DNA from: an uncultured Actinomycetota bacterium
GTDB taxonomy: Bacteria; Auribacterota; Ancaeobacteria; Ancaeobacterales; CAZGMX01
NCBI GenBank assembly: GCA_964526865.1
Contig: CAZGMX010000007.1
Coordinates: forward strand, 1 to 34,857
Length of the DNA stretch: 34,857 bases
Direction: 5' to 3'
Positions 1 through 8,678 of this stretch are shown one piece after another. The translations under genes and the position numbers were made by a program. The notes beneath the pieces are model-generated. The model saw nothing but the letters and a program-made list of their open reading frames with translations. It did no database searches and was not told where the DNA came from. Each line of letters starts with the position of its first letter. Positions within the stretch are counted from its first letter, which is position 1.

Positions 1-3000
1 GTTCTCAATTCCCCTGCGATATCCGAAAGTTCCCCGTCAATGGTCAAAAGTGAAGCCTTGGGCACTGTCAGGGCACTGTTTATAGCGGCGATCTGCGTTG
101 CGTCAGTGATCTGCCCCCTGATCGCCTCAGCTTTAACGATAGCCGTATTGAGCGCTTCACGAACCGGGCTCATCGCCGCCTGCATGGCATTCAAGTTCGC
201 CAAAACCGTCGCTTCGGTCACTCTGCCCTGCCCAAGCATCGCGCCCAACTGAGCGACCGTCTTGCCCTGCAGACCGTCTGTGAACGCCGCCAAATCGTGC
301 GCGGCATCCGCGGTATTCTTTAGGGCAGTGAATCCTGTCAGCGAATTGTTGTAGCCGCTGATCGCGGTTGTCACACCACCAGACGCCGGCGTAAGTATCC
401 GGCTGCCGAAACCACTGACAATGTCTCGTATGGCATTGCTTTCAAACGTACTGATCTCACTGGCGCTGTTTGTGACCGCCGTCGCGGCGCCGGATTTCGC
501 GCTCGCCAGCGCGGCAGCGTGTGTATTCATCTGGCCGATAGCCCCATCGGCATAGCTCCAGATACGCTGGGCCTGTGCAGGACGCGTGGTAGAATCAGGA
601 TAGACCGTTTCTATCGTCCGTTTCATCGCCGCAAGATCGGCTAGAATCGTGTTCGTCGCGGCAATGGACCCACTGGTGACACCGCCCACCGTCGTATCCA
701 ACAATGTTTTCTTTGACGCCAATTGCGCCTGCAGGGAGGTAGCGGTAATTGCGGCTGTCTTGACATCCGTTATCAGCTGCTCGAATGTCGCGGACGTCAC
801 GGCCGCGGCCGCAATATCTGCGGTTATTTTGGTCTTTACCGGATTCAACGTCGCGCTGATTTCCCCGCTGATTGAATGGCCATCTGCGTCTTTTTCCCAA
901 TTTGCCAGAACCGCCTGATCCGTCTGCAATCGCTCAGCCGCGGATGCCGCAACCGCCTGCGCATCACTGCCGGAAGTCAGAATGGGTATCTGGTTTAGCG
1001 GATCCTGGAGCGCATTGGCGATCGGCGTTAAATCCGGCGCCGCGGGAATTGCCGGCGGCGGCGGTACCTGCAGGTCAATGGTGGTAGCAGCCGGCTGTGT
1101 CGCGGTCCCCGTAACAGCAGGCGGCGTGATCCTCCCCAAATCGGCGCTCATGTTCCACGTCGCGTTGTAGTCATATGTCGCTGGAACCGAGCCTACCGCC
1201 TGCGTCAAATCTTCCGCGGTCATCGTTGTGCCGGTAGGCAATGTCGTTGTCAACGGCGGCACGGCACTGGTGCTATTCTGCGCAAAACACACTCCGCCAG
1301 GAACCAGTTGCATCTGTCTTGGAGGTGAGGCAATAAGATTTGTGCCGGTGATGGGCGGCGGTGGCGGCGGCGGGGTAGGAGCCAGCGGCCCATAAGACAC
1401 ATTATCCAATGACATGGATTTTTGCGTAACCGCATTTATTCCTGCAAATAAGTATGGATTGAATGTAACGTTGTCAAATGTCGCGGTCGCTGTTGCCGGC
1501 CGTGAAGTGCCCGTCTTATACATACAAAGCAAGACTTGATTGCCGGATGTTTGCCACTCCACCTTCCCCGTCCAGGGCGTTTGATAGTCCCAATCCAATC
1601 TTGCTGTTTTTGTGACAAGAGCCCCACCAATTACACTATCTATTACGAGACGTTGCAGACCATCGGGGGCTCGGTCTACTTTAACCATGATGTAATCATG
1701 ACTGATATTACCAGTGGGATATGTTTGGTTGCTACTCAAACCGAATTCCCATCCCCGCAAATCTTCTACATAAGCTTGGGTAAGCCCCCCAGATGAGGGC
1801 CATTTTGCATCCAGAGTCAAATCAAAGCTGATCGTTGGGTTGTCCGTTCGAAGTATCGCTGTTTTCTCCATCATTCGGGCGTATCCGCCTTGTTCTGCGG
1901 TCAGCACAGCCTGGCCACCACTGATCACCGCACTGGTAGGATTTCCTGCCGGAACAACTCCACCTTCCAACATGGTCCGCGAAAAGTTAAACGCCGAACT
2001 GGCGGAATTAGAAAAATTGTCCACGGTTGTTCCGCTTGTGGTACCACTCCCCGGAACAACAGGATCCGGCTCAATATTCTGGCCGGTGATTGTTCCATTG
2101 GTAAACGTGAACTCCGCCTTCTTGCCGTTTGTTTTCCATACGGTGATCACACCGTTATAAATATTGTTGATGTCCAGCGCCTGGCCCTGTAAGCCGTATT
2201 CAAGCCTGTTTGGGTCACCAGACACGCTCGCCGTATTAGTCCGATATTGACTGCCCTCTTTTACTTCGATATACGAGATATTGGCTGGCCAATCCGTCAA
2301 GACAGCGGGGTTGTTGTTGTAAAAATATTGTTTCGCGCCGTACGTCACAAGTGTCTTGGATGCGTCACTCGGATCCAGCGCTTTGCAGAAAGTGCCGCCG
2401 GGAACTGGATTGGGAATACCCGCAGGCGGCACAACCGCACCGGATGTCGACAATGCCTGATCCGGCAATGTCCCGATGGCCCGAATGACTTTGGGCGGTT
2501 CCGTCTTGCTCAATGTCATCGTCACCGTCTTCCCACCGAACGTAAGATCCAGGCTTGCCGGCTTGTTGTCCGCGGAATCATACCGCCACGTCCGCTCCAG
2601 CGGAATATATGCTGTTCCCGTCCAGTAGGTCGTTGTTTCCTTCAAGAGCGCTGGATTGGATGTCCCCGGGACAAACTCCACATGACGACTATAGGGACAA
2701 TTGGCATCCACAACAGTCGGACGTTCATCATATGAATCGACGGAAAGCGGACTGCCGCTATACATTTTTGTGGCGTGGTATCCATATCGGAGATTTGTCG
2801 AATCCACGACATCCACGTACTTGCCCGTGATGGTAATCCCATCCAAACCTAAAGTATTTTCCACAACATAGTTGTATCGATATGTATTTGCGCCAACAGT
2901 TCTGGAAACCTCGCCTTCCAGCCTCTGCTTTGATTTCACCCCATTGGTGTAGTCGATGGACTCTGTGCTCAAAACCGTCCATGTGTATGTGTTCGCATCT

Positions 3001-6000
3001 TCATTCGGATAAACATATCGGCCAATAAAGTTTAAAGTCGCAACCTCTGACACCGGTGTTGTTCCATCCGTCGCATAGACAGTATTCTTTACAACCCTTT
3101 GACTGCCCTTGCCCGGAATTTGCACCGGCACACCACCGAACGACACCCTTTCCAAGGACCCATCCCCCCGATACGCAAACTGCTTGGTCCCCGGCACAGG
3201 TTTGGTGACAACCGCCGACAACGGCTTTTGCCCCGCCGGGTCAAACGTCAGCGTCTCGGCAAACTCCACACCGTCCTTTTTGCCTTCAATGAGAGCCGTC
3301 GCGGGAACGTCCTGGCCGCCCACTAGGGCCGTTTTGTACGTAATGGTATTTTTCAAGAAGTTGCTGGCGGGATCGCCAAGGATAACTTCCCGCCGGCTGG
3401 GCTGGCCCTCCAACGGCGCAGGCGCAGAACTCCCGCTGCAGAGACCTGTCACTTCCATCTTTGAGCCCCCAAATATTTCTATCTCAACCCGGTACAGGCT
3501 GTATGTCGTCGAATCGCTAAATTGCGGGGTCGCAGGCCGTGGCTGTCCTGCCACATAGGCATAGACATTGTTTTTGCCTCCCGAATTATCCGCCTCAAAA
3601 ACATATTGCGCGCCCTGTGTCAACGTCGGGAGAGAGTGGGAACCGGTGATAGGCGCACCGTTCAGCGTCCACTGGCCGCTGATGTAATTGAGAGATGTTG
3701 AACCGAGGCGCAAAACAACCACCCCATCGGCAGGAAGCACTGTAAGACCGGCTTCAATTTTTGCGCTATTCGCGCCGCCGCGATAGATCATGCGGGACCC
3801 GGAATTCAAAATGACCCTTCCACTGCCAACCTGGCTGCCAGAAACACTCACCCACAATCTTTCATTATCGTTCACATATCCACCGTACCCGTCTTGCACC
3901 ATTCCATCGAGTGATTCGGCCCTATTCCACGTGAGTCTCTGACCCATTGCGTTTTGTATGGTCTCCTGCCGCACGCCGTACTGCGCGTCTTTGCTGAACC
4001 GCGTTTCGCCCAGAATCCCCCCGTTCACATCATATCGAACAAGGCTGATTTCCTTTCCTGCCGGCAGAGACGCCGCGGCAGTTCGCATCACGGCTTTTGC
4101 CGCTTCGATCGTCGCTGCATCCGCCCTGTTACTGCCATTATTCAAGGCATTGTTGATGGCCAAACGATCCGCCGCGCCCAACTCGCTGGGAATATTGACG
4201 TTGACCACATCAGTCGTCTGATCCACCGCCAGCCCGTTCGGCAGCAGTCTTTGTGCGACGGTTCGACCATTGAGCGTCGTCCCGGTCACCATACCGCTTT
4301 GATAGGTCATCCGAAGGGTATTTAGCCTATCGGCCGATGACTCGCTGACGGCGCCGTCCAAAATGCTAACCGTTCCATCCGAACTAACCCTGTAAGAGGT
4401 TCCTGCTTCGATCACCTGTATTCTTCCATCACGAAGAGATATCACTCGCTCAACGGCGAACGCACGGTCATAAGCGGTCGGATTGCCGTCACGATCGCGG
4501 GCTATCACATTGCTGATGACAGATCCCGGCTCATTGCCGCTTAAAAGATCCACACCCGTCGCGTTATCCACCATCGATGTCCTCTGCCCGGCGGCGTCAT
4601 ATGTCACGGCAATATCCCTATCCCTGCCCGGTTCCACGATCGTGATCGTCATCCCCTTGGGAGTGATTGCCGCCTGTCCGGCCGTCATTTCAAAATTCGT
4701 TGTGCTGGTGGTGAACGTGGTATCACCAACTTGACAGGTCTGGCCAGGCCCCGTTACGGTGAAGCTCTCCGGAATTCCCAGGGCATCGAAATCGGCCATG
4801 GAGCTGTAGGCCGCACCACTGGCCGTGAGCACGGCACTGGGAGTTCCATCCGCACCGAAAGAGTACTTGTCGATCGTGCCATTGGCCTTGAGTACGCAGT
4901 CCATCCTGGCGCCGGCCGCCAAGGGCTTGGTGAAGACGATTCCTTCCTCGCCCGGACTCACCGTGAAGACACCCGTATTCAAATTGGCCGTCCAGGCCGT
5001 TGAGTTATCAGCCTTGACGCCACGCAGAGTCCCTGCACTCGTATCCAACACAGCCGTAATTCCTGGGCTGGAATAGAGCGCCTCCACCACTTTTACCCCT
5101 TCCGTCTGGACACCCAACGTATCAAACCTCTGCACAATGGCGGAAATACCGCTGGCGGCAGAAAGGTCAATGTCGGCAACGATCTGACCGGCCGTCTGCA
5201 ATGCCGCGGCATAACCGCTCAACCGCTGGCTGATATCTGTGTTTGTCTGCTGCGCGGCCAATAATTTTGCGGCAAGCCCGCTCTGCTGTAGTAAATCCCC
5301 GCCCACAAAAGCGGTTGCCATGGTCACGCCGCCAAAAACAGCGGTCGTTGCAGTTCGTTCCACATTTGCGTTGTATTGGGTGATCGAATTCTGGAGGGTT
5401 TGGATCTTGGATTGAATATCTGCATGATGCGTCGCCAGTTCGGCGACGCCGGCCGTTTGCCGTGTCACGTCACTGGTCAAGGTGTCCTTGCCCGTACCCG
5501 GCGGAAGCCTTGGCATCAATGCCCCCAGGGCCGCGATTTTGTCAGTCATCCCCGAAATGTCACCATCCACCTGCGAGGCGACATTGTCGGCAGGATCCAG
5601 CAGACTGACGTTTAAGAGCGCAGCCGTGGCCGCTGTACCGATTTGAGCCGGCGTCTTACCCGCCATCGTCGTCTTCAGCGCATCCATGGTAACCATGCCG
5701 TTGGAGATTGCGCTTCCCACTCCCGTCACTGCCGACAAATCCGTGGTCTTTCTTGTGGATATGGCATTGGCAATCAGATCGTTTTGCGCCGAAATACTTG
5801 TGCCCGCACCTGTCAGCACGTTGTTAAGTGCCGTACCCAACTCCGTCTTTTTGCCGTCGTAGAGCACTGTCAGTTCGCCTTCTCTGGACGATCGCGCGCC
5901 TTCTAAGACCCTTAGATTTGCCGAGTTGGTACTTACGCTGTTACTCAGGGTCGATGCCAACGCGCCTCCGGACATTTTGGCAAGCATCTCCCGTCCTACG

Positions 6001-8648
6001 GCACGGCGGTGATTGAGCGTCGCACCAAGCACGCTTATCTGACCGGCCACTTCCAACAATTTGGCTGACTTCAGTCCTTCAATGGTCGCCTCTTCCGTCC
6101 CCTTGTTTGCGTCCAGTTGACCAATCAGTGCCGTCACCTGCGCGGCAGTAACCGTCGCCACCGCCGGCATCGCGATCCCCGCCGTGAGTATCGCCTGTTC
6201 ATCGCGGCTGGTCAGGTTAGGATTCGCCAGAATCGCGTTCAAATCTGCCGTGTCCTGTGTCGCCGTCGCCGCAGAAAACACCGTCACACCCGCCTCATTC
6301 AATTGCAATGCGCCGCCCTCGATTCTGACCGAACGATCGTTGGCGTAATCCACGAAGTAGTTGCCTCTCACCTGCACCGTCTGGGTAGTCAAATTCACAT
6401 TGGCCCTGCCCGTGCCATACACATCAAACGACGTGCCGTTGAAGATATTTTCCAGGACGGTTTTTGCCTCGGATCTTGTTCCCATCGATTCAAATTGGGC
6501 GATACAGTCCCGAATAGCGCCCGAAACGGTCGCCGGGGACGCCAGCCTGCCCAGGAAGGCCGTGCCGCTGACAAACGCCGAGACATCGCGCACTCTGTTG
6601 AGATAGGCGCTTAATCTTGTAGCGGCAGGCAAAGACGAAAGAACCGCATCGGCGTTTGGCACCACTATCTGCGTCGTGCCGATTTTGACAATCAGCGAGG
6701 CCGGACTGCCCTCGGTTCCAGGCACATACGTCACGCTGTCCCCCGTCTGCGGGGCCCCCGCAAAAACCTGAGCGCCGTCAGCCCTGGACACCAGGGAAAT
6801 TTCGTCCACCGTGTTGCTGGCACTCAACGTCGCCACCGCGTTGTTGTTCGCGTCAGACAACCCGGTTTCAATCAGCGCCTTCGCCTGCGCGGGGGTCACC
6901 GTCAAACTCATCAGATTGGACATTAGGATATTGACATTGCCCATATTCTCTACGCTGATTGAGTCTTTTGCCGCCAAAAGCGAGGTCTCTAAAGACGTCG
7001 TCAGCATTTGCGCCTGGCCAAAATAATCATCTTCCGATGTCAACAGATCGGGATGATCCACGATGCTGGCCTGGAACGTCTTGCCCTCGGAGGTTGTCAT
7101 CGACATGGCCAGCGTAACCGCCGTCACATTGCCAGAATCATCGTGGCTAATTCCTGTCTGGTCCACAACCTGGCTGTAACTGCCGAAATCTTTTGTGACC
7201 GTATCCGACACCATCCGGAGGGCTCCTCCAGAAATGGCATAAACATTGGTTCCATCATAAGACAAAAATGTCTCTGGGCCATTGCCAATATCCATCGCTA
7301 TTTGATCAGGATTGTCAATGCTCGTAGTGTTTGTCTCCCTTGTCTCAGCACCCGCTGTATCCCTTTCATACACAGTTTCCTGATGCACCGTCAAATTCAC
7401 CCCCGTGAATTGCACGTCAGAGGTCGATCTCATGGTCTGATCTTCTCCGGCAATCCGGGAATACTCCTCATGCCATGTCGTGACTCTGGGCGATCCCGTA
7501 TCTACAGCATCGGCCGTTATAGTGTCTGTGCCGTCACTCACCGTCCGTCTTGGCTGCCCATTCACCAGATCCCGCTCATTGACCCACTCTGAGTGTACGC
7601 CCGTCACGCTGTCGTCCGTCCAGCGCGTTCCAAAATGGACAACACGACGGCCTTCAAACACAAATTTGTCTGTCGCGGCGGAAACCGTCTGCCCCGGGCC
7701 GGGAACGAGCGGTGTGCCATCATCATTGGGCACAACGTATCCATCCACTATATAATTCCCATCCCTTCCCCTCTTCAAGTCAAAGACATAACCGCCGGCG
7801 GTCTGGTGAACATATTTTGGATTGGGTATCGTCAGGCCTGGAATCTTCTTTTCCAGATTCATCTCCTCCACCGCCTCCAGATTCCTGCGGCTCAAATCCC
7901 ATACAATGTAGGCATATTTTGTCTGAGGAAATTCGGGCGCTGTGACGTATGTGTTTTGCCAGGGTCCGCTGTCATATTTGCCGGCCAGGTTGTGGGTCGT
8001 GTCCGCCAGATACGCGTCGATAGCGACCTTGATTTCATCCTGATTCGCCTCCGATCCCGCAAAGAACGTCTCCAAACTGCGGGCAATCCCCGTCCACTGC
8101 GTACGAGAACCAATCAGGTCTTCCTCCTGCGCCAAAATCTTGTCTTGCACGCCGCTTGTAAGGCGTTGTGTTTCCGACTCAATTTCCGCCACAATCGCGG
8201 CGGCCACATCATCATTAGCCTGATTCAGCGTGGCAGGCACATCCGCCAACTGTGCCCTTTTTGCCGTGGCCAAGGCGCTGGTGTGCAGTTGCGCGATCTC
8301 CGCTGGCAATCCCAGCCCCGCAATGCGAGCTTGTTGCGTCGTTTCAGCGTTACCCACGGCACTGGTATAGGTTGTCCCCGCGCTATCAATATTTGTCTCC
8401 AATCCCGCACCCAGATAATCCGCGGCTGTCCGGTCGGCCTTGGCAATAATCGATGCCTTGGCAGAGGCAAGCGCACCTGCGGGATCGTCCAAGCCCGCGA
8501 CAATGCCGTCTAATTGATCTAGAGTTTTGGCTGCCGAAATCTGCGTATCTGCCTGCCACAGCACATTCAGCACCGGTATCATTGTTTTCTTGCCAACCAG
8601 CGACTGGATACTCGTCGCCGCCTTGGCCGTTTCCAGCGCGCTATTCAT
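1..8648 (-). CDS. Second giant ORF, truncated at its 3' end by the window edge (>=2,882 codons). Ala-rich helical N-terminal part, YD-like beta stretches, one LamG-like jelly-roll domain, poly-Pro hinges.
   Basis: I reverse-complemented and translated by hand from the ATG at 8648-8646 (MNSALETAKAATSIQSLVGKKTMIPVLNVLWQ...). Translation reaches position 3 with no stop (ends ...TIDGELSDIAGELR, 2 nt left over). It is presumably missing from the supplied track because it has no stop in the window. No listed ORF >=60 aa occupies this frame, and spot checks at about 4320 and 6600 confirmed the frame. Composition and module types match ORF1. Confidence 0.8.
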   Translation of the reverse strand, partial: MNSALETAKAATSIQSLVGKKTMIPVLNVLWQADTQISAAKTLDQLDGIVAGLDDPAGALASAKASIIAKADRTAADYLGAGLETNIDSAGTTYTSAVGNAETTQQARIAGLGLPAEIAQLHTSALATAKRAQLADVPATLNQANDDVAAAIVAEIESETQRLTSGVQDKILAQEEDLIGSRTQWTGIARSLETFFAGSEANQDEIKVAIDAYLADTTHNLAGKYDSGPWQNTYVTAPEFPQTKYAYIVWDLSRRNLEAVEEMNLEKKIPGLTIPNPKYVHQTAGGYVFDLKRGRDGNYIVDGYVVPNDDGTPLVPGPGQTVSAATDKFVFEGRRVVHFGTRWTDDSVTGVHSEWVNERDLVNGQPRRTVSDGTDTITADAVDTGSPRVTTWHEEYSRIAGEDQTMRSTSDVQFTGVNLTVHQETVYERDTAGAETRETNTTSIDNPDQIAMDIGNGPETFLSYDGTNVYAISGGALRMVSDTVTKDFGSYSQVVDQTGISHDDSGNVTAVTLAMSMTTSEGKTFQASIVDHPDLLTSEDDYFGQAQMLTTSLETSLLAAKDSISVENMGNVNILMSNLMSLTVTPAQAKALIETGLSDANNNAVATLSASNTVDEISLVSRADGAQVFAGAPQTGDSVTYVPGTEGSPASLIVKIGTTQIVVPNADAVLSSLPAATRLSAYLNRVRDVSAFVSGTAFLGRLASPATVSGAIRDCIAQFESMGTRSEAKTVLENIFNGTSFDVYGTGRANVNLTTQTVQVRGNYFVDYANDRSVRIEGGALQLNEAGVTVFSAATATQDTADLNAILANPNLTSRDEQAILTAGIAMPAVATVTAAQVTALIGQLDANKGTEEATIEGLKSAKLLEVAGQISVLGATLNHRRAVGREMLAKMSGGALASTLSNSVSTNSANLRVLEGARSSREGELTVLYDGKKTELGTALNNVLTGAGTSISAQNDLIANAISTRKTTDLSAVTGVGSAISNGMVTMDALKTTMAGKTPAQIGTAATAALLNVSLLDPADNVASQVDGDISGMTDKIAALGALMPRLPPGTGKDTLTSDVTRQTAGVAELATHHADIQSKIQTLQNSITQYNANVERTATTAVFGGVTMATAFVGGDLLQQSGLAAKLLAAQQTNTDISQRLSGYAAALQTAGQIVADIDLSAASGISAIVQRFDTLGVQTEGVKVVEALYSSPGITAVLDTSAGTLRGVKADNSTAWTANLNTGVFTVSPGEEGIVFTKPLAAGARMDCVLKANGTIDKYSFGADGTPSAVLTASGAAYSSMADFDALGIPESFTVTGPGQTCQVGDTTFTTSTTNFEMTAGQAAITPKGMTITIVEPGRDRDIAVTYDAAGQRTSMVDNATGVDLLSGNEPGSVISNVIARDRDGNPTAYDRAFAVERVISLRDGRIQVIEAGTSYRVSSDGTVSILDGAVSESSADRLNTLRMTYQSGMVTGTTLNGRTVAQRLLPNGLAVDQTTDVVNVNIPSELGAADRLAINNALNNGSNRADAATIEAAKAVMRTAAASLPAGKEISLVRYDVNGGILGETRFSKDAQYGVRQETIQNAMGQRLTWNRAESLDGMVQDGYGGYVNDNERLWVSVSGSQVGSGRVILNSGSRMIYRGGANSAKIEAGLTVLPADGVVVLRLGSTSLNYISGQWTLNGAPITGSHSLPTLTQGAQYVFEADNSGGKNNVYAYVAGQPRPATPQFSDSTTYSLYRVEIEIFGGSKMEVTGLCSGSSAPAPLEGQPSRREVILGDPASNFLKNTITYKTALVGGQDVPATALIEGKKDGVEFAETLTFDPAGQKPLSAVVTKPVPGTKQFAYRGDGSLERVSFGGVPVQIPGKGSQRVVKNTVYATDGTTPVSEVATLNFIGRYVYPNEDANTYTWTVLSTESIDYTNGVKSKQRLEGEVSRTVGANTYRYNYVVENTLGLDGITITGKYVDVVDSTNLRYGYHATKMYSGSPLSVDSYDERPTVVDANCPYSRHVEFVPGTSNPALLKETTTYWTGTAYIPLERTWRYDSADNKPASLDLTFGGKTVTMTLSKTEPPKVIRAIGTLPDQALSTSGAVVPPAGIPNPVPGGTFCKALDPSDASKTLVTYGAKQYFYNNNPAVLTDWPANISYIEVKEGSQYRTNTASVSGDPNRLEYGLQGQALDINNIYNGVITVWKTNGKKAEFTFTNGTITGQNIEPDPVVPGSGTTSGTTVDNFSNSASSAFNFSRTMLEGGVVPAGNPTSAVISGGQAVLTAEQGGYARMMEKTAILRTDNPTISFDLTLDAKWPSSGGLTQAYVEDLRGWEFGLSSNQTYPTGNISHDYIMVKVDRAPDGLQRLVIDSVIGGALVTKTARLDWDYQTPWTGKVEWQTSGNQVLLCMYKTGTSRPATATATFDNVTFNPYLFAGINAVTQKSMSLDNVSYGPLAPTPPPPPPPITGTNLIASPPRQMQLVPGGVCFAQNSTSAVPPLTTTLPTGTTMTAEDLTQAVGSVPATYDYNATWNMSADLGRITPPAVTGTATQPAATTIDLQVPPPPAIPAAPDLTPIANALQDPLNQIPILTSGSDAQAVAASAAERLQTDQAVLANWEKDADGHSISGEISATLNPVKTKITADIAAAAVTSATFEQLITDVKTAAITATSLQAQLASKKTLLDTTVGGVTSGSIAATNTILADLAAMKRTIETVYPDSTTRPAQAQRIWSYADGAIGQMNTHAAALASAKSGAATAVTNSASEISTFESNAIRDIVSGFGSRILTPASGGVTTAISGYNNSLTGFTALKNTADAAHDLAAFTDGLQGKTVAQLGAMLGQGRVTEATVLANLNAMQAAMSPVREALNTAIVKAEAIRGQITDATQIAAINSALTVPKASLLTIDGELSDIAGELR
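1353..1373 (-). other. Poly-proline hinge (P7) in ORF2, directly after LamG-like domain 4. A second P4 tract lies at 1053..1064.
   Basis: Minus-strand codons CCG CCG CCG CCA CCG CCG CCC (…GPLAPTPPPPPPPITG…), and CCG x4 in …DLQVPPPPAIPAAPDL…. Confidence 0.9.
1392..2021 (-). other. ConA/LamG-like jelly-roll domain 4 (in ORF2).
   Basis: DNFSNSASSAFNFSRTMLEGGVVPAGNPTSAVISGGQAVLTAEQGGYARM...ISFDLTLDAKW...WTGKVEWQTSGNQVLLCMYKTG...FAGINAVTQKSMSLDNVSY, followed immediately by a poly-Pro hinge. Confidence 0.45.
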
Positions 8649-8678
8649 CGTCCCCGCCGCAATCTGCGCAGCGCTCTC
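8649..8678 (-). other. 30-nt spacer between the giant ORFs, in frame with both (10 sense codons E-S-A-A-Q-I-A-A-G-T following the TAG). Contains only a weak SD-like GGGGA (8651-8655), 2 nt from the ORF2 ATG.
   Basis: Minus-strand read: TAG GAG AGC GCT GCG CAG ATT GCG GCG GGG ACG ATG. The coordinates 34847 and 8648 both leave remainder 2 on division by 3. No hairpin or terminator is apparent. Confidence 0.9.

Noticed and set aside
40-252. Plus-strand 70-aa ORF with a very hydrophobic, membrane-protein-like sequence (…ALFIAAICVASVICPLIASALTIAVLSA…).
   Set aside because: It is antisense to the Ala/Thr/Ile-rich helical part of ORF2. The complement of such codons gives hydrophobic residues. No RBS context was evaluated as convincing, and the region is fully explained by ORF2.
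4455-4612. RHS/YD-repeat toxin assignment, based on YD-like strands (VTYDAAGQRTSMVDNATG, ARDRDGNPTAYDRAF; similar ones occur in ORF1).
   Set aside because: The motifs are sporadic and loosely spaced. I saw no canonical dense YD-repeat shell, no RHS core (PxxxxDPxGL) and no recognisable C-terminal toxin. They are noted only as YD-like beta strands.
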